Positions 27,088 through 40,564 of a stretch of 64,000 nucleotides of DNA are shown in pieces. The DNA comes from Octopus vulgaris (Eukaryota), in the NCBI GenBank assembly GCA_951406725.2, contig OX597828.1, forward strand, positions 77,562,001-77,626,000, written 5' to 3'. The notes below the pieces were generated by a model that did no database searches, was not told where the DNA came from, and saw only the letters and a list, made by a program, of their open reading frames with translations. A program made the translations under genes and the position numbers. The first letter of the stretch is position 1; each line of letters begins with the position of its first letter.

Positions 27088-27325
27088 ATAAAAGATGAGC
27101 TACAGCAAATATTCTGCTCCTTACCACAGATTTGCTTGTCAGTTGTTTGACCTAAACCAGATGCGTATGTCCCTTTGTGGCTGACGATATGTGCATCTCT
27201 GACCCCAAGCAAAAGGGAGCATCATAGCCATGAGTTGAAAGGAATTCTTTGGAGTTTGGATAATTCACCTTTAGAAACATGGGTGTTTCGCTCAACATCC
27301 TTAAACAACCCTTATTTAGGGATCT
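27088..27325 (+). mobile_element. Family D repeat fragment
   Basis: Reverse complement of 17195-17425 (accacagatttgcttgtcagttgtttga...catgggtgtttcg.tcaacatccttaaacaa). Confidence 0.8.
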
Positions 27326-27330
27326 TTCTC

Positions 27331-28470
27331 TCACACACAACTTTCTCTCACACGGGAAGTCAGGAAAGCTTGCAACGAAGCACGGAGCCCATCATCCACG
27401 TACGATACTGATTGCCTATACATGAAGAGAGCAAATGGAGGAAACGGGCTGATAAGTGTGGAAGGCTGCATACGTATCGAATTCGAGAGCTTAATGAGAT
27501 GCCTAGCCCAAAATAAGGAAACCTTGCTTGTGTCAGTTAGGAACGAAGAAGTATTAAAGCAGAGTAAAAAGGAAAAACAAAGGAAGAAGTGCAAAAAGGA
27601 GATGAAGAAGAATTACGCAGGAAGGAACTACACAATCAATTCCATGAAGCCACAACAGAAGTTGCTGGAAAAAATAGGTGGGATTGGCTGATGAAAGGAA
27701 CCCTAAAAAATGGGACCGCGAGTACTATACTGGCAGCGCAAGACCAAGCTTTGGCCACAAACTGGAGGATCAACCTTAGGAATGAGCAAGTGTCTCTGCT
27801 GTGCCGCATCTGTAATAGAATGGATGAAACCATTGCCCATATCACAAACAGATGCTATAAACTTGCCCAAAACCACTGCAAGTTGCGGCGACACGAACAG
27901 GCAGCGAAAGTGATATATTGGAGACTGTGCGAAAGAGAGAGACAAGACGTGATATGAGCACAAGACGCAGAGAGTGGCGGAGACCAGCAAAATCCTCTGG
28001 GATTTCCCAGTCCGAACAGATCAGGTGCAAGAGCATAACAGACCGAACCTAATGGCGGTGGACGAGGTGCACCACATATGCTATATAGTCGATGTTGCAT
28101 GCCCCCTTTGACCCACGAATAGTCAAGAAGGAAAACGAAAAGATAGATAAATACAACCCTCTTAAGTACGAAATAGCCCGGCTGTGGAAAAAGAAGGTGA
28201 AGATGGTGCCAATTATTGTTGGGCTCTTGGGAACAGAGTCAGAAGGCATCAAAAGGAATATAAAGGAAATTGGAATAGAGTGCCCAGTGGAACTGTTACA
28301 AAAGGTTTGCCTCCTTGACACGGCCAGAATAAACAGGAAAGAATTAGATAGCTGAAAAGAATGGATAGCATGGTACCAGGACCGCTACGCAAGTAAGAAT
28401 GGATAGCATGGTACCAGGACCGCTACGCATGTAAGACCCCAGGAGCTTTAAAAACCTGTGATAAAGAGAA
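27331..28470 (+). mobile_element. 5'-truncated R4/Dong-type LINE (thumb, zinc knuckle, REL, 3' UTR)
   Basis: MKRANGGNGLISVEGCI; ILAAQDQALATN...CRICNRMDETIAHITNRC; ILWDF.VRTD..QEHNRPNL; KYNPLKYEIARLWKKKVKMVPIIVGLLG...RKELDS*. It ends in an AAT-rich tail. Confidence 0.92.
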
Positions 28471-28491
28471 ATAATACTATTAATAATAGTT

Positions 28492-28702
28492 TTTTCAACT
28501 CTAGGCACAATGCCCGAACTTTTGGGGAAGTGGGCCAGTCGATTATATCGACCCCAGTAAGCAACTGGTACTTAATTTATCGACCCCGATAGGATGAAAG
28601 GCAAAGTCAACCTCGGCACAATTTGAATTCAGAACGTAAAGACAGACGAAATGTCGCTAAGCATTTCACCCGGCGTGCTACGATTCTACCAGCTCGCCGC
28701 CT
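28492..28702 (-). mobile_element. SINE family A, full length
   Basis: Reverse complement of the family A consensus, from aaggcggcgagctgg to ttgtgcctagag. Confidence 0.9.
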
Positions 28703-29032
28703 TAGTAATAATAATTATTATGATGATGATGATGATGTGATCACTGAAATAATAAGTATATTAAATAATTTGCTGCTTTCGTTCTTTTTTGCTTCTTATA
28801 AATTGGACATCTTCCAGTAATGAAAGAATGACAGAACAGATAAATAAGAGAAATTCAATAGAAATTCTGGGAAAAAGTCGAAATGCTGTAACTGTATTTT
28901 GGAAATATATGTCACAAACCTGAAACTGAAAATGATTCCGAATAAACGACATGGTACAAATATCATATATATGATATAGTCCTCGGTACTACTACTACTG
29001 CTGCTGCTGCCGCTACTACTACTACTACTACT

Positions 29033-29087
<55 letters not shown>

Positions 29088-29147
29088 GTAATAATAATAA
29101 TAATAATAATAATAGTAATAATAATAATAATAATAATAATAGTAGTA

Positions 29148-29245
<98 letters not shown>

Positions 29246-29247
29246 AA

Positions 29248-30376
29248 TAACATGAAAACAAGAAAGCATCATACTCAGTAACAAAACAGGCAAAGGAATA
29301 TCTAAATGAATTCCAAATACAACAAATTCCGGAATTAGACATACGAGAAACAAGCGCAGAAAAAGCTAGGCGCATGAAAATCCGTGCTAAAACTGCGGCC
29401 TTAGATATTCTGAATGATAAATGGCAAGAAAAAACCTCTCAATGGCAAATACCCAAAGAGAGCAAATAATGCCGATGTTGACAAAAAGCCTTACCCATCA
29501 ATGGCTAATGGCCTCCGGCTTAAAATCTGAAACAAGGGTTTATCATAGCAGCCCAAGATCAATGCCTACCTACAAGGAACTACCAGACCAACATATTAAA
29601 GAACGGCAGTAGCACAACATGTCGTGTATGTCGACAACAAAATGAAACCATTGATTATGTTGTCTCCAAATGCAGTCTTCTAGCGCCTGCAGAGTATCTC
29701 AACAGGCACGATAGAGCTGCACAATATATTCACAGGGTAATCTGCAAAAGCCTGGCTTTGGCCCATGATAAAAACTGTTGGGAACACAAACCACCTCCAG
29801 TGCTTGAAAATGACCACATCTCACTCCTCTGGAACTTCACCATTCAAACTAACCGAAAGATAGATGCAAATAGACCGGACATCATATTGAAAGACTTCAG
29901 ACAAAAATCATGCCTCCTCATTGATATGACTGTCCCAATCGATATAAACGTATCTGTCAAGACCTTCCAAAAACTGAGCAAGTATAAAGATCTTGAAATA
30001 GAAATTAGCAAAATGTGGAACTTGAAGACTAAAACAATACCTGTTGTCATAGGTGCCCGGGGAATGATAGCAAAAGGGGCTGATTGCTACCTTGCTCAGA
30101 TACCAGGAAACCCCAAAATAGCATAAATTCAAAAGATAGTGCTCATGGGAACTGCCCATATCCTACGCAAATTACTTTCTATGTAATCTCCAGCCTTAAA
30201 ACAAACACATCATTTTTTATGGTTTCTTAAACATTCTCTAGAACAACACGATGTACAAAACCAAACATATGGCACCCTAGGCATAACATCAGCATGAAAT
30301 TCCAACTTGATTCTCTTGAGGTCTCTGGGTGAGACTTGGAGCCAACTTGTACAAATGTAAAGCAAAAGTCAAACAT
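29248..30376 (+). mobile_element. 5'-truncated R4/Dong-type LINE (zinc knuckle + REL + 3' UTR) between (TAA/TGA)n and (TAA)n
   Basis: LTHQWLMASGLKSET / FIIAAQDQCLPTRNY..CRVCRQQNETIDYVVSKC / LLWNFTIQTNRKIDANRPDIILKD...LLIDMTVP...KLSKYKDLEIEISKMW...GTAHILRKLLSM*. Confidence 0.93.
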
Positions 30377-30724
30377 AATATAATAATGATAATAATAACA
30401 GAGTGCAAAGAAATGCAGCATATAAAGCAGTAGAAACACTACTGCAGTTAGTGCACGAATTTGGTACAAGGATTGGTGCGAGATTCGGATCAGCAAAATA
30501 CGAACTTGAAATAAGAAAATTAATGTTTTAATGTTGAGTTCTTAATTTTGATAATATTTACCTCAAATACAGGAAAGTAACAAACTTTAACAACTAGAAA
30601 ACTACTATAACATACCAGCAATGGGGCCACAAAAATAATAGTAACTTCAAAATACCTGGGTGACAGGAAGAAAGAATTATCTACATAAGAAACAGCACTA
30701 AGCCCTATTATGTAGAATATATAA

Positions 30725-30919
30725 GGCGGCGAGCTGAAAGAAACGTTTGCACACAGGGCGAAATGCTTAGCGGTGTTTCGTCTGTCTTTACGTTCTGAGA
30801 TCGACTTTGCCTTTCATCCTTTCGGGTTTGATAAATTAAGTACCAGTTGCGTACTGGAGACGATCTAATTAACTGCCTCCTCCCCCAAAATGTTCGGGTC
30901 TTGTGCCTAGAGTAGAAAA
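30725..30919 (+). mobile_element. SINE family A (small internal deletion)
   Basis: aaggcggcgagctg...gcgaaatgcttagcgg...gactttgcctttcatcctttcggg...cttgtgcctagagtagaaa. Confidence 0.88.
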
Positions 30920-31893
30920 GCTTATGTAGAATATATTTAAAACAATATAATCGACAAAAACCAAAGCGAAACTCTAAATTTCTTTTTTGCTGGCATTTTA
31001 TGTACATTCAGAGTTCAAATCGTCTGAAGGTCAATTTTGACTTTCATCCCTCGAGGACTGATAAAATAAAGAACCAAGCAGGGAGTGGAGTCGAAGGCGT
31101 CGACTTACATTCTCCCCATCAAAGTTGCTGGTTTGGCGCTTAGATCGAAAAATCCTTATTATTTCTGCATTGCCCACCAGGGTCCAAACATAATTACCAA
31201 ACGTGATGCACGTCTTTTGCAATGCATTACCAAATATTATCATTATCATCATCATTACCACCACTGTTACATTCTTCATCATCACCACCACCAACATCCT
31301 TATCATTGTTTGCCTTTATGGGTGCGGGGTGGGGGATCTTGGCTGCTATTAAGAGATTCTAACCTAAAAGACCAACTAAACTTAATCAACAGTGATGATA
31401 AAGAAAACCGTTTGAGAAAGTTGCTTTGATATTCTTTTTACAGCTTTTTGATTTATTCATTTTATCGATCTGTTTATTTGTGTGTTTATTTATTGATTGA
31501 TTGATTTACTGGTTGGCTGGTTTGCTGGTTGGCTGGCTTGTTGGCTGGTTGGCTTGTTGGCTGGTTGGTTGGTCTGTTGCTTGTTTGGTTGCTTGCTTGG
31601 TTGCTTGGCTGATTTTAGTTTCAATTTTTACAGCTTTTCCAACAACAACAAAGCTATTGTTATTGTTGTTACTTTTGCTGTTGTTCTTTAACCCCAAGTC
31701 AGCTCTGATCGAGACCTTGATCAAAGACGCTCCAGTTTCTGTTTTTTTACACAGGTGTAACAAAGATTGTTTCATTCCGTGTGTCCATCTATTATGATGG
31801 CAGAATTTGAGCGAAATTTTGGTCGATTTTTTTTCCAGCAGTTCTTGTACAGGCACCCGCTGTTGTTATTCTTGTTCTTGTTGGTGATGTTGA

Positions 31894-32110
31894 AGGCAGC
31901 GAGCTGGCAGAATCGTTAAGGCGCCGAGCTAATTGATTTGCGGCATTTCTCCCAACTTCACCTTCTAAGTTCAAATTCCACCAACGTGGATTTTACCCTT
32001 CATCTTTACGGGAGTCGATAAAATAAGTACCGGCTAATCACTGGGGTCAATGTAATCGACTCGGCCCCTCCCGCCAAAATTCTCTATCTTGTGCCTATAG
32101 TAGAAAAGGT
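31894..32110 (+). mobile_element. SINE family A
   Basis: ggcagcgagctggcagaatcgtta...agttcaaattcc...cttgtgcctatagtagaaaagg followed by (TTG)n. Confidence 0.85.
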
Positions 32111-33159
32111 TGTTGTTGTTGTTGTTGTTGTTAGTGGTGGTGGTGGTGGTGGTGGTGGTGGTGGTGGTGGTAGCACGGTTTTTTTTAATGTTTTTGTTCT
32201 TGTTGTAATAGTTTTCTTTGAGAAAACTATAAAGGGGTTTAACTGACCGAGTTGCTTTATTGTAGGACAACGAGACTCGAGGCCGGTCTGCCTGCAGAAT
32301 CATTAAAATGCTTTGCAGTATTCATTCTAGATCTCTACGTTTTGTGTTGAAATCCCTCCGAAGTCGACTTAGCTTTCATCGACTACTTCCCTATTCCTCT
32401 GTTGTATAGTGAAACCTGTACACCCCTCCCGGTATAAAGTGGTAGTAGCCAGCCATTATAAATAGACCAGTAGCCGTTCGACAGGAAGAAGCTCAAAAGG
32501 TCGAGAGTACGTGTAGATTGTATTGATAGTCGTGTCTATGCTGATATGGTAATTATACTATGATACTGAGTGGACGTTTATAACGATGCAACCTTTTGAG
32601 GATAATGACACAGTACGACTGGTGGCGGGGGGGTCCTACAATGCCAGGATCAAAGAGAACCTTTCTTTTGACGAGTTCGAAACAGCAATATCTGTCAGAG
32701 CAACAACCATCGTCAAAAGACAGATACAACAATGACAAAAGACCGCTTTAGACCACCAACACCACCACCACAACCACCACCACCACAGCAACCACCACCA
32801 CAACAACAACAACAACCAACTGTGATTTTCATACCTTGCATTTTCTCGTTCAGTCACTGGATTCGATATGTGTCTATTAAAGACGAGTAGGAGAAAAAGA
32901 AGAGAAAGAAGGTGAGAGGGAAGTATTGCCGAGAGAGATACCAATAGAAATGGAAGAGAACTGTATAGAGGAAGTATGTCTCGTTGGATTAGCGGTGCAG
33001 AGTTCGAATCATGGCACAAATGTGGAGCTCGGTGTGTGGTGGGTTGCGTAGAAGTGTTCCTGCCTGATCTGACTTAATCGCTATTGCTTCATTCTACATA
33101 CAAATTAACCACATACGGGTTATCGATGTGGCAATTCGATCCATATATACATATATATT

Positions 33160-34088
33160 CTTCGAGCTTTGCGTCATCTCCAGTCCGACCCGTCCACTTC
33201 ACACCTCTTCCCTAACCGACCCCTCCCCTCTTTCAAACGAGCCCATAACCTTCGAGACCTTTTGGTCCATAGCTCCTTCCCTGACTCTACCTCCCAACCT
33301 GGTTCGTTCCCCTGCTCCCGCCCACGTTGCCGCACTTGCCCTTACCTCTCCAACACCACCCTCCTCACTGGCACCCATCATCGACCCTATCGCATCATCA
33401 ACTCCTTCACCTGCACCTCCAGCAATATTATCTATTGCGTCTCTTGCTCTCTCTGCCATTCCCTGTACATCGGACAAACGGGACACCGCTTGGCTGACCG
33501 GTTCGCGGAACACCTCCGTGACATCCGCCTTGCCAACGACACACCGGTCTCACGCCATTTCCGCTCCACCGGTCACTCCTTGCAACACCTGTCTGTGTTC
33601 GGTTTGTCCTTGCACAGAGGCCATCCGTATTCCCGTTTGCGCCGTGAACAGGAATTAATCTTCTCTCTTCACTCTTATACGCCATTTGGTCTCAACTCTC
33701 CCCCCTCCTCATCTAACCTCCCCCGAACCCTACTTCTCTTCAGTCCTTCATCCTTTCACCCCTACTCCTCTTCCCTTCTTCCCTCTTTCTCCCTCCCTCC
33801 TTCTTCCCTCTTTCTCTCTTCTCCCTCACTCCCCTTCTCTCTCTCTCTCTCCCTCTATCCTCCCTCCTCCTCTCCCCTCCTCTTCTCCTCTCCTTCCTTC
33901 TCCCCTTCCCCCTCCTCTTCTCCCCTTTCCTTCTCCCCTCTTCTCCCCTTTCTTTCTCCCCTTTCTTTTATTTATATTTCCTGAGCGCCATACTAATACA
34001 ATTGTTTGTTTGTATTCCACCTGCCTTCGTCTTTTGTTTATTTCCGTAAACCTGCCTTCGTCTTTTGTCTATTTTCATAAAGCTTCCC

Positions 34089-34091
<3 letters not shown>
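33160..34091 (+). mobile_element. 5'-truncated Penelope-like element: zinc-finger linker + GIY-YIG endonuclease + 3' region
   Basis: ORF 33169 reads FKRAHNLRDLLVHS...PCSRPRCRTCP...FTCTSSNIIYCVSCSLCHSLYIGQTGHRLADRFAEHLRDI...VSRHF...REQELIFSLHSYTPFGLN. It starts right after a TA-rich run and ends at (TA)n. The 3' piece ~34005-34090 recurs inverted at ~44028-44085. Confidence 0.93.
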
Positions 34092-34145
<54 letters not shown>

Positions 34146-34358
34146 TAATAATATTAGGGAATATGATTCCAAACTTACAGGGAAAAATTCAATTTGGTAA
34201 TACTAAATCAAATTTCCCAATATATAATACATGTAAAAAAATTAGAGAAGAACAACTTCAATATCCATACATATCTTGCATCTATTTTCTTTCCTCCATC
34301 TCACTCTCTATTTTGTATCACATCTAAATTAACTATGACTTAACTATCCTCTCACGCC

Positions 34359-34410
34359 GTCTCCGATGAAATTACATGATTAATAAATATCCTAGAAACA
34401 GCTGTAAGAC
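34359..34410 (+). ncRNA. Hammerhead-ribozyme-like motif (minimal type I, variant core CCGAUGA, degenerate stem II)
   Basis: gtct-CCGATGA-(25 nt)-GAAA-CAGCTG-TA-agac. Stem I is gtct/agac, stem III is the palindrome ACAGCTGT, and the cleavage triplet is GUA. It lies in a (TA)n-flanked block just 3' of a PLE. Confidence 0.45.
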
Positions 34411-34475
34411 CTTCTATCTATAAATGCTCTAATATCTACACACCCTTGATTTTTGATCTTATTACGCAAAATATT

Positions 34476-34511
<36 letters not shown>

Positions 34512-35295
34512 GTGAGGAAAGTCATCAACGTATGCCCACCTTTTTCCGGCATATTCCGACAAAAGAATATAAACGCCGATGAGAAAACAGAATGACCGGT
34601 GTCTTGCCAACTAGGTTCCTTGAAATATTTGTTCTGTATAGAGTTGTAGACACTTTCTTCCCATTTACTTTTTATTAAATTTAATCTAATTCATATAAAT
34701 ATATTAACCCGCAAACTTAAACTCTATGAAAAGTTTCTATCAAATAATTCTTTACCGATTCGTTTTCCCCAGAAAAGAATCGTTGCAAAACATATTTTAC
34801 TCTCCAGTATCCATTAGGATATTGATGTCACATTCACTAACTGCAGTGAATCGCCAACCAAACTTTCAAGTTCTTGTAGATGAGATTAAGATAATGATGA
34901 ATATAATTTAAGCTGAGTAAAATTGAAATTACAATCTTTATCTAAATTATTAAACCATTTAGTTAACTCATGTGGTATTATTCTACAAATGTTAAACCAT
35001 GTTTCACATTAAAATCAATAGAACTTAAGTTAATCAACTGCTCACTGATTTATAAGTCTACACTTAATGTTCTCTAAGAAATTATCTTTATGGACCTTTA
35101 TCGTTGTATGAGATTTGTGCGAAGATCGACATTCTAGTCTTTCATCTATCTTAAGATTATTTACTAATGTTTGTGCTTATAAACTAATTAAATTTACATC
35201 TGTTATGCTTTCTTTTTATAGGCTCTCAGCCTCTTCATTCGGCAAGGAGATAGTCCTGTGATCTAACAACGTGTGATCTAGTCATACGTAAATAT

Positions 35296-35372
<77 letters not shown>

Positions 35373-35573
35373 CGTGTGTGTGTATGCGTGCGTGTGTTTG
35401 CGTGTACCTCTAGGAGACGTCTTCGGTTTCTGGCGGTTGTTACAATGTCCCGGATTCGAGCCAGCGAGTCTCGCAAATCCAGTGAGGAAGCCTTCCCTGT
35501 TGTCACTCGATTGCTGGAAATAGCAGTCACTCTAGCAACTTCAGTCTGCTTCACTAGCGATCTGGTAACCTTC

Positions 35574-35700
35574 GACTATATAGCATAACGGCTATATGAC
35601 GTAGCAGCTATATAGCGTAGCAGATATACAACATAAAGGCTATACAACATGGTGACTATATAACATAGTGGCTACATAGTATAGAGACTATATAACAATG
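35574..35700. repeat. Degenerate ~16-bp minisatellite (about 8 units, consensus close to GRCTATATAACATAGC)
   Basis: gactatatagcataac / ggctatatgacgtagc / agctatatagcgtagc / agatatacaacataaa / ggctatacaacatggt / gactatataacatagt / ggctacatagtataga / gactatataacaatgc. Confidence 0.85.
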
Positions 35701-36446
35701 CTGTATTACAATAGCTAAACTAAGCATTGCCCATCAACAGTAAATTGAACTTCCGAGCATAGTTTTAAGTAGTAGTAGTAGTAGAAGTAGTAGTAGTAGT
35801 AGTAATAGGAGGAGGAGGAGGAGGAGGAGTGCTGATGCTGCTATTGTTTCTCCTCAGTTCAGTTTTTATTGAACAGGCCCAGAGACAATCCACTTGTGAT
35901 CATCCCGGACTGCATCATCCACTTCAGCGTTCCTTTTAAAAGCTGAAGGTTGCGGCTTCAGAAGAAAGATTTGATTGTTATTTCTAACAATACGAGCGAC
36001 CGCATACAGGCTTCTTTGCCATTAATCTCCTCCCTCTCACCTCCTTACTCCTCCCCTTCGCCTCCCACACAAAATCATTTCTCCAATTGTTCTAAGACAG
36101 AATGAAGAGAAACCAGATCAGAGGAAAGATCAATTGAAATCAATACCGTTTATTGTCATCATATGTATTTTAGAAACACAAGAAGATTGCTTCTGTGCAG
36201 CCCAATTGCAAAGCACAACAATTGGTATTACGTAAATATTACAATAGTAGATAGTGTAACAATTGCAAATTACTGTAATAACATATAATAAGTGATCATA
36301 GTAAACATGGCAGATTGCCGGCAGAAGATGTTGTGGCCGCCATTGATTTAGTGAGTCCTTGATGAAAAAAAAAACACAAAGATATTGGAAAGATATTGGA
36401 AAGGTAGATAGACACAGATAGATAGAAATACATGGATGGATAGATC

Positions 36447-36522
<76 letters not shown>

Positions 36523-36540
36523 CATGGATAGATAGATAGG

Positions 36541-36587
<47 letters not shown>

Positions 36588-36595
36588 GATAGATG

Positions 36596-36688
<93 letters not shown>

Positions 36689-36820
36689 TTTGATCGATAG
36701 ATAATAGGTATGTGGATAATTAAGGACAAATACGGACATCTGTGTTTAATACGCTTATTCAAGATCGTGGTGATAATGATGATGATGATGATGATGATGA
36801 TGATGGTGATGATGATAGTG

Positions 36821-36873
<53 letters not shown>

Positions 36874-36906
36874 CATTGTTGTTGTCATCATCGTCGTTGT
36901 TGTTAT

Positions 36907-36955
<49 letters not shown>

Positions 36956-36960
36956 GTTAA

Positions 36961-37168
36961 GGCAGTGAGCTAGCAGAATCGTTTGGACGCTGTAGGAAAT
37001 GCTTACCGGTATTTCGCCAGTCGTTCTAATTTCAAATTCCGCCGAGATCGACTTTGCCTTTCACCCTTTCGGGGTCGATAAAATGAGTACCAGTTGCGAA
37101 CTGGGGTCGATGTAATCGACTAGCCCCCTCCGCCAAAAATTTCAAGCCTTCTTCTTATCCTCGAAACG

Positions 37169-37172
<4 letters not shown>
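36961..37172 (+). mobile_element. SINE family A with (ATT)n tail
   Basis: ggcagtgagctagcagaatcg...ttcaaattccgccgagatcgactttgcctttcaccctttcggggtcgataaaatgagtaccag. Confidence 0.9.
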
Positions 37173-37221
<49 letters not shown>

Positions 37222-37223
<2 letters not shown>

Positions 37224-37455
37224 TATGTTTGACTTTTGCTTTGAATTTGTACAAGTTGGCTCCAAGTATCAGCCAGAGACCTCAAGAGACAACAAGTTGG
37301 AAGTTCACGTTGTTGTTATGCCTAGGGTGCCATATATTTGGTTTTGTACTTAGTGTTGTACTAGTGAATGCCTAAAATACCATACGAAAATTAGGTTTGT
37401 TTTAAAACTTGAGATTACATAGAAAGTATTTTGCGTAGGAAATGAGCAGTTCTCA
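37222..37455 (-). mobile_element. Very short 3' fragment of the R4/Dong family seen at 29248-30376
   Basis: Reverse complement of 30150-30376 (TAH.LRKILSM* plus 3' UTR), flanked by (ATT)n on both sides. Confidence 0.88.
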
Positions 37456-37831
37456 ATATTATTATTATTATTATTATTGTTGTTGTTGCTGTTATTATTA
37501 TTCATTTTTGCCATGAGTATTTCTATGGTCTTCCTCATCATCATCATCATTCGCACCGTCCTCCTCATCGTCATCATCATCATACTCATTATTTTATCCA
37601 GTAACAATGAGGCAGAAGAGAAGAAACACGCGTCTTCGTTTCCAATATATTTTCTTTGAGATTTGCTCCAGAAATATTCATAAAACATTTTTTATTTCCT
37701 TTTCCCCTTTTTTCGCCGCTAATAAGAAAATTATATTCCATCTTTGATTCCTTCTTTCTTTTCTTCATGTACTTTTTTTCGATCCTTCCCATTCCTTATC
37801 TTTCTCACTCCCTCTCCCTTTCTCTCCCCTG

Positions 37832-37908
<77 letters not shown>

Positions 37909-37929
37909 GTGTGTGTGTGTGTGTGTGTT

Positions 37930-37978
<49 letters not shown>

Positions 37979-38024
37979 ACACATATATATATATATATAT
38001 AATATATATACTTTTACATATATA

Positions 38025-38073
<49 letters not shown>

Positions 38074-38195
38074 GTATGTATAGACGCATGTACATATACA
38101 TACAGATGTATATGAATATATATGTATATGTATATATATATACATATATATAATATATACATATATATATATGTGTGTACATATATATTTATATA

Positions 38196-38240
<45 letters not shown>

Positions 38241-38681
38241 GTAGATAAATGAAAAGATATGTATTATGCATCATAGATAAGTATGTATATAGGTATATGT
38301 GTGTGTTTGTGTGTGTGTAGTATTATGCTATGTATATGCATATATGTATGTGTATGCTTATGAGCCTTTGTTTATATCCTAAGGGGAAATAACACGTAAT
38401 TCCTGACAAATCAATAATTTTAACAGACCTAATTTAACATGGATCTATACAGATGTACATAGTAACAATACACACACGCATTTATATATGTGTGTGTGTG
38501 TGTGTATAAGGGTCTGCATGTGTGTATGTATGTGCATGTGTAAGTGTATTCTACCTGTGACGTTTTACCTTGCAGGTATGTTGGCCCATGTTTCATGTCA
38601 ACGTTTTGCATACATAAATTTAATGTTGCAGTCATTGATATATTTCTGCATAAATAGTGCGGATATGGATATGGATATATG

Positions 38682-38743
<62 letters not shown>

Positions 38744-38843
38744 TGTGTGTTTTTATGCAAATCTACTTATATATGCAGACGTATATACGCAAAATATACA
38801 TATATGTGCACATATTTATAAATATGAAGTATATTTATTATAA

Positions 38844-38929
<86 letters not shown>

Positions 38930-39170
38930 GTGTGCGTACATATACATGTACATTCCTGATTATAGGGATTGTACATCCTTCTAGGTAATATTACACTATG
39001 TTGTCATTATATTGAATATTTTCACAATTATATCTGTATATATATATATACATATAAATACATAATATATACATATACACAAACCTATGCACACCTATAT
39101 ACATATATGCATAAAAATATATATGTGTGCATATATATGTGTTTGTATGTATATACATGCATATATATAC

Positions 39171-39226
<56 letters not shown>

Positions 39227-39450
39227 TACTAAAATGCATGTAACTTACGTAATAAAATTACATAACTTTGTAATAAATATATATGAAATATTAAGATAGA
39301 ATTCCAAGTTTGCTATAAAATACATATATATATAAATAGATAGGTAGATAGATAGATCTATATTTATATCCATTTACAATACATACATAAAAAAATATAT
39401 ATACACATATATTTATGTGTATATATACATATACATATATACATATATAC

Positions 39451-39493
<43 letters not shown>

Positions 39494-40371
39494 TATACAT
39501 TTATATACACATGCATACGTACGCCTTCCAGACAATTCCATCGATTTTATGCAAACTTACACTTTCCTTTGCTAAGTCGACAATTTGCTTCCTACGTTTT
39601 ATAAGTTTTTAAAATCTATTTGTGTATAATTCTATATTATCACTGTATTGCATATTATCATTATAGGGAAACAATATTGTAATTTGATTTTTACGCCTTT
39701 ATTGTCTTTTCTGTGGTGTCTCCTATCGAAAACATTTATACATCGAGATAATTCGTTTTGCTATTCACTGATCTCTGTTTCCCTAACAATGTTAGAGTTC
39801 CCCCACAATGTAAAGGCGACACCTTCAATGCTCTTGTCTTCATAACATAGTTCAGTTTATAATGTAGCATCGAAAACTATCTTTTGTCTCAGCAGACTAC
39901 AAAAAGCATTCCAATTCCGTGCAGCCTAAAATTCCACAAATCTCATTGATAATCGATACAGAGCTGACCGCGGCCCACAGTATTAAGTATGTAAGATAAT
40001 AACAAGACACTTAAGCAATTTATGCCAACAATAAAAGCTATATGCATGGAATGGCTCTCAAGGAGTTCGATCAAGGTTCACTAAAATATTCTCAGATAAT
40101 GGAAGATTATCTTGAAGATGAAAGAACAGCTTTAAATGAACAAACCAAAGGCAGGAGGAAACTAACGGTTAAGAATGGTAATCATTGATATTGAAGCTAG
40201 AATATAATTATAGAAAGAGTGCAGTAAAAGAAATCCAGGTGTGCAAAATAAAAATGAAACCAGTTGTAAAGGTTAAATGAATTTGGAAAAGAAACGGACA
40301 AAGATGACTAGTTTGAGGAATGTGAGTTGGTGATTGCAGGATTTTATTAGTACGATACTGAATAGATTTAT

Positions 40372-40443
<72 letters not shown>

Positions 40444-40564
40444 GTGTGTATATGTGGGGGGTGATAAATACACTGACATCTCAGATGTGAACAGTCACAT
40501 CTCACATCGTTTCATCTGTGAGGACGCAACCTGGAGCTTCAAACTCGTTATTGTATTATACACA

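Noticed and set aside
32586-32735. 49-codon ORF MQPFEDNDTVRLVAGGSYNARIKENLSFDEFETAISVRATTIVKRQIQQ
   Set aside because: It is short, has no recognisable homology and sits among repeat fragments, so it cannot be distinguished from chance.
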